A stretch of DNA of 25,020 nt from Macrostomum lignano (Eukaryota): NCBI GenBank assembly GCA_002269645.1, contig NIVC01003595.1, forward strand, positions 1 to 25,020, given 5' to 3'. The notes below the pieces were generated by a model that searched no databases, had not been told where the DNA came from, and was given only the letters and a program-made list of their open reading frames with translations. Below, piece by piece: positions 12,289 through 21,498 of the stretch. The translations under genes and the position numbers were made by a program. Each line of letters starts with the position of its first letter. The stretch's first letter is position 1.

Positions 12289-13190
12289 TTGAGGGTGAAG
12301 ATCGAACGAGCACATCTCATTCGGATCGGCCACGTGTTACGCGTGCCAGACGAGAGGCAGACTAAGAGAGCTGTAATAGGCTGGTACAAGAAACTGGAGG
12401 TAATCAAGAAGACAACGGAAGAGTCAAACAGTGAATTTCTGGAAGAGACTGCTACGGGAAGCAGGAATTGAGCCAAAGAGAGCAGAGAGATTCACACAAG
12501 ACCGGAAGAAATGGAAATCCACTGTGGAAATGAGAACAAAAGAGATACAAGAATGGGAGAAAAGTCGAGCTAAGAGGATCAGAGGGGAAAGGGACGACAA
12601 TCCGCGACAGAGGTCCCATCCACCGGAAGAAACAGAGAAGAAGCCGGAAGCGAAACCTGGAGACAGACAGAAAGAGAAAGAAGAGAGAACGGAGTTCAAA
12701 TGTGAATATGAAGGGTGTGATGAAGTTTGTAGGAGCAAAGCAGGGCTTGCAATACATGAAAAGAGAATGCACCGCGTGAAGGGCATGCAGGTAATAGCTC
12801 GTAAATGTCGAATATTCAAATGTAACAAATGCAGCAAAACCTTCGCACAAGAAGCAACGATGAAGAACCATAAAAAGAGTTGTAGAGGAGAACGAGAGGA
12901 CAGTGGGAAGACGGCGTGCGAGAAGTGTAGGAAGAGAGTAACGACGTGCAACCTGGCAAGGCACCGGAAGGCGTGCGGGAGAAACGAAGTATTGTAGGAA
13001 ACGCAGACCACTCCACCAAGGAAGTGTCGAGTGAAAACGAAGAGCTATGATTTATGCGGAAAGAACCTACGGCAACCAACATGGCGAGACACCAGAGGAC
13101 ATGATGCGGAGGGCCCTGAGGGAGCCAAGCCGAAAGGCGAAAACGGCAAGAAGAAGAAGAATAATAATAATAATAAGAAGAAGAAGAAGC
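12289..13190 (+). mobile_element. 3' part of an RTE-like LINE: ORF2 C-terminus with three zinc fingers, 3' UTR and (AAG)n(AAT)n(AAG)n tail
   Basis: IGHVLRVPDERQTK (RTE-type GHxxR motif); frameshift to NFWKRLLREAGI...; CEYEGC..HEKRMH, CNKC..HKKSC and CEKC..HRKAC; microsatellite tail at 13148-13190. Confidence 0.75.
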
Positions 13191-13214
13191 AGTTAAATAT
13201 GAAGCGTCGCTCCT

Positions 13215-13392
13215 TCCTTAACTTCGTGATTTGCAGCATTGCTAACATCAACGTCAGGCTCCTATTGGACACGGCTCAAGAGTCAACATAATCAACGAGA
13301 AGACCGTGAAACGCCTGGCAAAGCAAATGGTCATCGCGCCGACCCGAAGCAGCTGTTCTCGTACACAGGCTCTGCAGTTGACGTGCTCAGGA
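13215..13392 (+). mobile_element. Ty3/Gypsy aspartic protease fragment (frameshifted)
   Basis: IANINVRLLLDT(G)SRVNIINEKTVKRL...QLFSYTGSAVDVL: retropepsin D(T/S)G motif, read across 1-nt frameshifts. Confidence 0.75.
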
Positions 13393-13964
13393 CACCTGTA
13401 TAACTTTCGCCGACACATTTTCAGACAGATCTTCCGACACTTTTTTACGACACTTAAAATGTCGCAAAAAGTGTCGGAAAAGTGTCGTAACAAAAATTTG
13501 AAGCAGTTGAAGAAACAGTTCTTGTATCATGTTCCCATGAAGGGATCTTTTAAACAGGGAAACAGGGAAATGTTTCTCAAATCACAAACTTACATTTAAT
13601 GGTTTGATCTACTATATTTATCTGACTGAAGATTAATTTGAATGAATCTGTCATGTACTACAGGCTGCTGCGTAGTGCGTACTTAACAAACATACATGTT
13701 AGCTTACATGAATAGTACGAGCTACATGTACATCCCCTAGCTCTAAGAAGCAAAATTTTAAGTGTCGGAAGATGTGTTGGCAGAATTTAACCATACGACA
13801 CTTTTTCAGACACTTTTTGCAGCATTAATTTAAGTGTCGGAAAATATTTGTCGGCGAATGTCAACTGTTACGACACTTTTTTTCGACACTGCAACATTTT
13901 AAATGTCATAAAAAAAGTGTCGGAAGATCTGTTTGAAAATGTGTCGGCGAAAGTTATACAGGTG
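13393..13964. mobile_element. Non-autonomous DNA transposon (572 bp), ~70-bp TIRs starting CACCTGTATAAC, inserted between Gypsy PR and RT
   Basis: The left end CACCTGTATAACTTTCGCCGACACATTTTCAGACAGATCTTCCGACAC matches the reverse complement of the right end. Many internal CGACAC/GTGTCG subterminal motifs. Confidence 0.88.
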
Positions 13965-14729
13965 CTGCACCAGGATGTGACACCGACAGTTGAGCCGCGT
14001 GAAGGACGAGCTAAGCAAGATGGAGGCCGCAGGTGTCATCGAGAAGATGGATGCCTCTCCCTGGGTGTCCAATCTAGTCGTATCCAAGAAGAAGAATGGC
14101 GACCTGCGACTTTGCGTTGATTTGCGCAACTGCCACAAAGCAATCAACGCGGATAACTTCTCCATGCCAACCCAGCAGGAGCTGGCCGCCGAGTTCGCAG
14201 GCGCGCAGATCTTCAGCAAGCTAGACTTGAAGCAAAGCTACCTGCAGATCTCACTGCAATTCCGCAGTAGGAAGCTGACCGCATTCATCACTCATTGTGG
14301 GCTCTACCAGTTCATGGGGTCCCGTTCGGCATGTCTAGTTCTTCTGTTGCCTGTTTTCCAAGAAATCCTGTCAACAATTTTGGCTGACATGAGGGGTGTC
14401 CGACACTCTGCATGGACGAAATCGTCAATCACGGCGTCAACTCGGATGAGCACGGCAAGCGGCTTCAAGCGATGCTCGAACGTCTCAGTGAAAATGAACA
14501 AGGAGAAATGCCAGATCGGCGTCCCGGAGATCGTGTTTTTGGGCTGCAGGATTTCAGCCGATGGAAGACGGGCTCCGCATCACAGCGCCGACGACAGCAC
14601 GGGGCGTCTCGTCATCTTGTCAATCTTCAACTATACTTCTCCAAGTTCATACCCGACTTCGCGAAGATTGCGAGACCACTGCGAGAGCTGTTCAAGAAGG
14701 ACACCGCCTTCCACTGGACGAGCGCGTGA
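13965..14729 (+). mobile_element. Ty3/Gypsy reverse transcriptase and thumb/connection fragment, pseudogenised
   Basis: RVKDELSKMEAAGVIEK..SPWVSNLVVSKKKNGDLRLCVDLR...IFSKLDLKQSYLQI...TAFITHCGLYQF...NKEKC...FLG...YFSKFIPDFAKIARPLRELFKKDTAFHW, with frameshifts. Confidence 0.92.
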
Positions 14730-15944
14730 ATACAGTAAAGCGCGGCCGAGTTGTCGTGTAATTAAAATTAATTATTTGTATCGATCTAGAGTTCCATTTC
14801 TTTCAAAGTTCTATTTCAAGGCATACGTTATGGCTACATTCATTCAGCAGATTCTGCACTCAACAAATTCTGTCCTTGGGGGCCGGCTAATGTGATCTAG
14901 GCTCATGATGGTTATTACATGCATCGAGTAGATTACATTATGAGCACTGTTTAAATAATTCGATCAGGTGGTCTAGCTATTTTTGATTCCGTGGTACTTG
15001 CTGGGATCATGTGTGTCCAAGGACTAATACACGTCATTTGAGTCGTCCTCAGTGTGTTGGTTTGCTGGCGTATGCATTATTTTTACAGACTGCTCATGAG
15101 TGGAGCAGCGGAATGGACGCATGCGCTTTCTATCGAATGCTTGATCCAGTCGATTTACCAACGGTAAGCAAAAAAGTAATCAATGTAATAATATTCTAAA
15201 GTGATAAAGAAAATTTCCCTTTCAATATTGGCTAAGCTTGACAATGCTGACAGAATTGAGCCTGTTAGAAACTGTGAAATTTGCTTGCCCGGACAAACCC
15301 GGAAACTTTACCGAACGAAGAACAAACTAATTTCTGGGGGCTCTATCGAAAGGCGTAGAATTTAGAGCGTTTAATCAAGTCGAATTCATGTAGAGTTGCT
15401 TGCTAAGCGATGAGTATAACAAGTAGTGACTATCAATATTGTTTCACGATTTTAGACGTGTTGCGCGCTCCAAAGTGTTTAACATAGTTGTCAAGCTTAT
15501 TTTGCAATAGTCTTATGAAAAGGCCTATTGTATTGATAGAGCAATTTGTTGAAGGTATTAAATTGTGTCGAATTTTCTAGTTTATAGGCCTAACGGCAGT
15601 CAGCAGTATGGTTAAGGGCAAATGTGCGATTGAACTAAATAAAGAGGGGTAGGCCAGCAAAAACCAAACAGCACATTGTTAAGCAAGTTAAGTTAAGGTA
15701 CAAATGTCTAAACTCTAAGGCCTAGGCCTAATCTTCTAGACTCTAAGTAGGCTAGACTAGATAGTTTTTTATAACTTATTAGACTTAGACCTGAGCATTA
15801 AAGGCCTATAAGCCCTAAATTAATTAAAATAAGAGTTTAAGCTATATTTGAGCTTAATATACCCATGAAGCCAAGCCATGAGACCTAGTTATAACTTATA
15901 GGCCTAATATTATAATTTATAGTTAAATAGGCCTAGACAAGGCA

Positions 15945-16552
15945 AATAATCTAATAATTCCTATTTTAGACCTATCTATTTTATTGGGTCTATGAGAATT
16001 GCTCGCTAAGATTTCCTTGCAAAAGATTTGCCCATTGAGTTTTTCCCATTGAGATTTGCTTGCAGTGAATTTTGCCTGTGAGGGAATTGCCCATGGAGAA
16101 TTGCCTACCAAAATTTGCCTGCACTATATTTTGCCCACAAGCAAATTGCTTGCTAAGTTTTTTCCTATCAAAGTTTGCCTGCAATGCTTTTTCTTATATA
16201 GCACATTTGGCAGCTAGATTCTATTTGCAATAGCCTTTCCCAAAAATATGCATTTGATATGCAGTTACTATCAAAACATTTGATTAGGTAAATCTCTTTA
16301 TTAAGACTTACTAAAGTCTAAAAATTGGGAAAGCAATGCAAACAAAATCTACCGTATGGCCAAATGCATGCAGGAAAAAGCATTATGGGCAAACCTCAGC
16401 CAGAAAAAACTTGGCGGGTAATTTGCTTGTTGTAAGCAAATCTTAATGAGCAAATCTCCTGCAGGCAAATCTCAGTGGACAATTTGTCTGCAGGCATTTC
16501 TTGTGCTCCCATTTTTTCATTTTGATAGGTCTATTAAAATGGCATTAGGTAT
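15945..16552. mobile_element. Old, diverged foldback/MITE-like inverted repeat
   Basis: CCTATTTTAGACCTATC (15960) pairs with GATAGGTCTATTAAAATGG (to 16542). The inner arms (AAGTTTTTTCC...CTTTCCCAA vs TTGGGAAAG...GAAAAAACTT) also pair imperfectly. Many ATTTGC/GCAAAT motifs. Confidence 0.6.
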
Positions 16553-17087
16553 TTTTTTTTAAATATACAACTATTTTTTATAAATTGACATTATATATAA
16601 ATAAGACAATTTTTATTAATAATAGTTAAATAGAAAGAAAGAATTGCAAGCATTTTTTATTTGGCTATCTTGCAGAATTATTTATTAAAGTCACTATATA
16701 TACATTTTTTATAATAAAAACTTTTGTTTTGGTTTGTTATTTTATTTAAATTACTAGTGTATAAAATATATAATGTAATATAAATATGCATGCCAACTTC
16801 AAAATATTACCTAGCTGATAACTTAGTTTTTCTCAAAAATTGTATATTAGTTGCCTCTAACTATAATATGGTCTCAGTTTTTGTTTTTTCCCTTTGTTTA
16901 TTTTTCTCCTCTCCTGTCTTTTCTTTCTTCCCCTCTTTTTTCTTTGATTTTTTAGGTTGGCATTTTTTGCTATCCCCACCCAGGTTGGCTGGGTGTTGGG
17001 CATGTATGAGAATATGTGTGCTTTGATTTAACCAAAGTTTTGAACTTAGGGATGTAATAAAAATAAATCTAAAAGAGCAAAAAGCCA

Positions 17088-17382
17088 CATACATGCGCAA
17101 CAGTCGGCCGAGTCGGCCGATCCGGCCGACTGATTTGGCAGCCAACCAAGGAAGTCGCAAAAATGCCCACCCAAAAATACCCACGCAGTAGTACTAAGTA
17201 GCTGACGAGGCATTTTTGCCTGATAAGACAGTTATAGTTACTCCCGCCGTTTACCCAAAGTTGCGTTAATTTTGCTTTAGGGTTTTTTACATGTAAGTCG
17301 CATTTTTGGCCAAAAACTACGTCGCATTTTTGTTAAAACTAAGTCGCACGGCCGACCGAATTTTAGACGTTGCGCATGTATG
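17088..17382. mobile_element. hAT-type MITE, 295 bp
   Basis: Perfect 14-bp TIRs CATACATGCGCAAC / GTTGCGCATGTATG; exact 8-bp TSD AAAAGCCA at 17080-17087 and 17383-17390; subterminal GTCGGCCGA and AGTCGCA repeats. Confidence 0.92.
17193..17256 (-). pseudogene. 64-nt fragment of 28S rRNA (H69-H71 region, R2/I-PpoI target) inside the hAT MITE
   Basis: The minus strand reads GGGTAAACGGCGGGAGTAACTATAACTGTCTTATCAGGCAAAAATGCCTCGTCAGCTACTTAGT versus the recalled eukaryotic 28S GGGTAAACGGCGGGAGTAACTATGACTCTCTTAAGGTAGCCAAATGCCTCGTCATCTAATTAGT: 52/64 identical, ungapped. Confidence 0.85.
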
Positions 17383-17524
17383 AAAAGCCAAAACCTGTTT
17401 TTTTGCTATCATTGCTAAATTTGTTATTTGGCATATTTATCACTATTTATTCTAGGCCTAGTAATATTTCTTTATAGTATTTTGTAATTTAATGTTAGAC
17501 CTAATTCTATAGTAGCAAATTGTT

Positions 17525-17541
17525 ATTCATTCCCTTTGCAG
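17525..17541 (+). promoter_or_regulatory. 3' splice acceptor in the OGDH 5' leader (5'-UTR intron or SL trans-splice acceptor)
   Basis: ATTCATTCCCTTTGCAG ends at 17541, 106 nt before the ATG, after an AT-rich stretch; no obvious partner donor was recognised. Confidence 0.45.
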
Positions 17542-17647
17542 CACAATTAGCCAGACTTACACAAGTGTCTGAGCCCCTGCTGTACATTGCTGTGCACACT
17601 AAGAGCCAGTCTTCTGGGCCGAAACTACCCAACCAGCTGCAGCAGTT

Positions 17648-17809
17648 ATGCTTCGCGTTAAACCGTCTTCTCTGGCTCGCGTTCTGCGCGCCTTCGAGCG
17701 TCGATTGGCCTCATCAGCCACTGCCGAGCCGTTCTCGTCTGGCACCTCCTGCGGCTACATCGAGGATATGTACGCCGCCTGGCTTAAGGACCCCAATTCT
17801 GTGCACCAG
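17648..17809 (+). CDS. OGDH: 2-oxoglutarate dehydrogenase E1, coding exon 1 (mitochondrial transit peptide)
   Basis: MLRVKPSSLARVLRAFERRLASSATAEPFSSGTSCGYIEDMYAAWLKDPNSVHQ (cf. human [29 protein letters not shown]). Donor CAG|GTGAAC at 17810, phase 0. Confidence 0.93.
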
Positions 17810-17844
17810 GTGAACTGCTGGCGCCGTGACTGAAGGCTGGAAAT

Positions 17845-18595
17845 GGAGACTAATAGACTAGGCTCTAGAGATTGAGTGACAGAGAGGCTAGACAAAAGAG
17901 ATGGAGAGTGACAGACACGCTAGACTCTAGAGATGGAGAGTGACAGACAGGCTGGACTCTGGAGATGGAGAGTGATAGACAGGGCAGGGTTTTGAGATGG
18001 AGAGTGACAGACAGGCTAGACTGGAGATGGAGAGTGACAGGCTATACTGTAGATGGAGAGTGATAGACAGGCTGGCCAGTGGCCTCTGGAGATGGAGAGT
18101 GACAGACAGGCTATACTCTGGAGATGGAGAGTGACAGACAGGCTAGACTCTAGAGATGGAGAGTGACAGACAGGCTAGGGTTTGGAGATGGAGAGTGACA
18201 GACAGGGTAGGGTTTGGAGATGGAGAGTGACAGACAGGCTAGACTGGAGATGGAGAGTGACAGATAGGCTAGACTGGAAATGGAGAGTGACAGACAAGCT
18301 AGATTCTGGAGATGGAGAGTGACAGACAAGCTAGACTGGAAATGGAGAGTGACAGACAAGCTAGATTCTGGAGATGGAGAGTGACAGACAAGCTAGACTG
18401 GAGATGGAGAGTGACAGATAGGCTAGACTGGAAATGGAGAGTGACAGATAGGCTAGACTGGAGATGGAGAGTGACAGACAGGCTAGGGTTTGGATATGGA
18501 GAGTGACAGACAGGCTAGGGTTTGGAGATGGAGAGTGACAGACAGGCTAGGGTTTGGAGATGTAGTGACAGTCAAGTTAGACTCTGGATACGGAG
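17845..18595. repeat. OGDH intron 1 minisatellite, 30-32 nt unit GAGATGGAGAGTGACAGACAGGCTAGACTG
   Basis: About 24 purine-rich tandem copies. Confidence 0.95.
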
Positions 18596-18701
18596 ATTGA
18601 TCACTCAGAATTGAGAACTCAGAGGGCAACAGGATTTCAATAATCAGATGCAGCGCATCAATGAAGTACAGAACTCACCGCCCTCGCCTCTCTCCCATCA
18701 G

Positions 18702-18914
18702 TCGTGGAACTCTTACTTCAGTCGGGTGGTCGCTGGTGCCGCCCCCGGCCAGGCGTACACCTCGCCGTTCGCCGCCGGCGTCTCCTCGTCATCGTCGTCA
18801 TTGGCTTTGCAGCCGTCGCGGCGAGTGTCGGCCGATGGCGTTGTTGAGCACTTTGCCGATGAGAAATCCATTGAGGATCACCTGGCTGTGCAGGCTATCA
18901 TCAGGTCTTATCAG
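18702..18914 (+). CDS. OGDH: OGDH coding exon 2
   Basis: Acceptor CCCATCAG ends at 18701. SWNSYF...GAAPGQAYTSP...IEDHLAVQAIIRSYQ. Donor CAG|GTGAGC at 18915; 213 nt, phase 0/0. Confidence 0.93.
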
Positions 18915-18989
18915 GTGAGCAGAGGTCTCGTCTGAGTAGCCGAGAACAAGACGAACTTTAAACTTTGACCTTCCTTGTACCCTGAGCTC

Positions 18990-20857
18990 CGTGTGACCTT
19001 GGTTGATCGCTGCAGTAGTGTCTTTAGGTTCAGATTGACCTTGGTTGACCTCTGGAGTAGTGTCTTAGGTTCAGATTGACCTTGGCTGACCTCTGGAGTA
19101 GTGTCTTTAGGTTCAGACTGACCTTGGCTGACCTCTGCAGTAGTGTCTTAGGCTCAGATTGACCTTGGTTGACCTCTGCAGTAGTGTCTTAGGCTCAGAT
19201 TGACCTGGTTGACCTCTGCAGTAGTGTCTTAGGCTCAGATTGACCTTGGATGACCTCTGCAGTAGTGTCTTAGGCTCAGATTGACCTTGGATGACCTCTG
19301 CACTAGTGTCTTAGGCTCAGATTGACCTTGGGTGACCTCTGCAGTAGTGTCTTAGGCTCACATTGACCTGGTGACCTCTGCAGTAGTGTCTTAGGCTCAG
19401 ATTGACCTTGGTGACCTCTGCAGTAGTGTCTTAGGCTCAGATTGACCTTGGTTGACCTCTGCAGTAGTGTCTTAGGCTCAGATTGACCTTGGGTGACCTC
19501 TGCAGTAGTGTCTTAGGCTCAGATTGACCTTGGATGACCTCTGCAGTAGTGTCTTAGGCTCAGATTGACCCTGGTTGACCTCTGCAGTAGTGTCTTAGGC
19601 TCAGATTGACCCTGGTTGACCTCTGCAGTAGTGTCTTAGGCTCAGATTGACCTTGGGTGACCTCTGCAGTAGTGTCTTAGGCTCAGATTGACCTTGGGTG
19701 ACCTCTGCAGTAGTGTCTTAGGCTCAGATTGACCTTGGGTGACCTCTGCAGTAGTGTCTTAGGCTCAGATTGACCCTGGTTGACCTCTGCAGTAGTGTCT
19801 TAGGCTCAGATTGACCTTGGGTGACCTCTGCAGTAGTGTCTTAGGCTCAGATTGACCCTGGTTGACCTCTGCAGTAGTGTCTTAGGCTCAGATTGACCTT
19901 GGATGACCTCTGCAGTAGTGTCTTAGGCTCAGATTGACCTTGGTTGACCTCTGCAGTAGTGTCTTAGGCTCAGATTGACCCTGGTTGACCTCTGCAGTAG
20001 TGTCTTAGGCTCAGATTGACCTTGGTGACCTCTGCAGTAGTGTCTTAGGCTCAGATTGACCCTGGTTGACCTCTGCAGTAGTGTCTTAGGCTCAGATTGA
20101 CCTTGGGTGACCTCTGCAGTAGTGTCTTAGGCTCAGATTGACCTTGGATGACCTCTGCAGTAGTGTCTTAGGCTCAGATTGACCTTGGATGACCTCTGCA
20201 GTAGTGTCTTAGGCTCAGATTGACCTTGCATGACCTCTGCAGTAGTGTCTTAGGCTCAGATTGACCTTGGATGACCTCTGCAGTAGTGTCATAGGCTCAG
20301 ATTGACCTTGGGTGACCTCTGCAGTAGTGTCTTAGGCTCAGATTGACCCTGGTTGACCTCTGCAGTAGTGTCTTAGGCTCAGATTGACCTTGGATGACCT
20401 CTGCAGTAGTGTCTTAGGCTCAGATTGACCTTGGATGACCTCTGCAGTAGTGTCTTAGGCTCAGATTGACCTTGGATGACCTCTGCAGTAGTGTCTTAGG
20501 CTCAGATTGACCTTGGATGACCTCTGCAGTAGTGTCTTAGGCTCAGATTGACCTTGGATGACCTCTGCAGTAGTGTCTTAGGCTCAGATTGACCTTGGGT
20601 GACCTCTGCAGTAGTGTCTTAGGCTCAGATTGACCTTGGGTGACCTCTGCAGTAGTGTCTTAGGCTCAGATTGACCCTGGTTGACCTCTGCAGTAGTGTC
20701 TTAGGCTCAGATTGACCTTGGATGACCTCTGTAGTAGTGTCGTAGGCTCAGATTGACCTTGGATGACCTCTGCAGTAGTGTCTTAGGCTCAGATTGACCT
20801 TGGGTGACCTCTGCAGTAGTGTCTTAGGCTCAGATTGACCTTGGGTAACCTCTGCAG
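18990..20857. repeat. OGDH intron 2 minisatellite, 41-nt unit TTGACCTTGGATGACCTCTGCAGTAGTGTCTTAGGCTCAGA
   Basis: About 45 highly homogeneous copies; variation is concentrated in the 4-nt spacer between the two TGACC motifs. Confidence 0.97.
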
Positions 20858-20957
20858 TATAGATCAGATCTCAGCTTCAGAAGACATTTGTTAAAGTTGC
20901 CACGCAAGTACGTACTCGCCCCGCTTACCGCACCAACCAACCCGAACCACCTCAAAG

Positions 20958-21066
20958 GCCCGCGGACACAACGTGGCCCGCCTGGACCCTCTGGACATCA
21001 CTAGGGGCAGCCTGCAGGGCTCGGCCGGCAGCACTGCCATTCTCAACAAAGACCTGTCCGCTATAG
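20958..21066 (+). CDS. OGDH: OGDH coding exon 3
   Basis: ARGHNVARLDPLDITRGSLQGSAGSTAILNKDLSAI (conserved RGH..A.LDPL). Atypical A/C-rich acceptor ...CTCAAAG ends at 20957; donor ATAG|GTCTGT at 21067, phase 1. Confidence 0.85.
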
Positions 21067-21172
21067 GTCTGTGTTACTCTTTTTTACGTACTAACTCGTT
21101 AGTTGATGATAAACTTGAAGATCTGCTTCACTTGTTTAACGTTACCCCCCATATTCTTGTGAATATTTTCAG

Positions 21173-21217
21173 ACACTCAAGCGGCCAGGCAGTTTCTGTC
21201 GGAGCACCCTAATATCT
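21173..21217 (+). CDS. OGDH: Candidate OGDH alternative mini-exon A (45 nt; DTQAARQFLSEHPNI)
   Basis: Acceptor TATTTTCAG, donor ATCT|GTAAGT, phase 1/1, length divisible by 3, no stop in the OGDH frame. Confidence 0.65.
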
Positions 21218-21498
21218 GTAAGTGTAGCTATATTATTACCTATGATGCACAATGTGAGTGACTGTGTGTGTGTCGCTGTTTTTAAGGGTGTGTCTGTGTG
21301 TCCTCTGTGCCCCTGTACTCAAATAATTTTGTGACATTCCACCGAACCATTGTCCGAGGCAGATGGGCAAGAGATAGCTCTGTTTACAGAGCTTGCAGTT
21401 TTGCTTTTTTACTTTTCTGTTGATTTTTTTCGTAATAAGGTTGTACCAACGATAGTTTTCTGTGTGTTTTTGTACTTGGAGACTTATCCTCATTAGGC

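Noticed and set aside
15580-15940. Cluster of AGGCCT/TAGAC motifs in AT-rich DNA
   Set aside because: No regular period or termini; treated as degenerate low-complexity sequence.
17200-17256. C/D-box snoRNA (rRNA-antisense stretch next to CTGA)
   Set aside because: Similarity to 28S is collinear over 64 nt, unlike short separate guides; no proper C box or terminal stem; it lies within a MITE.
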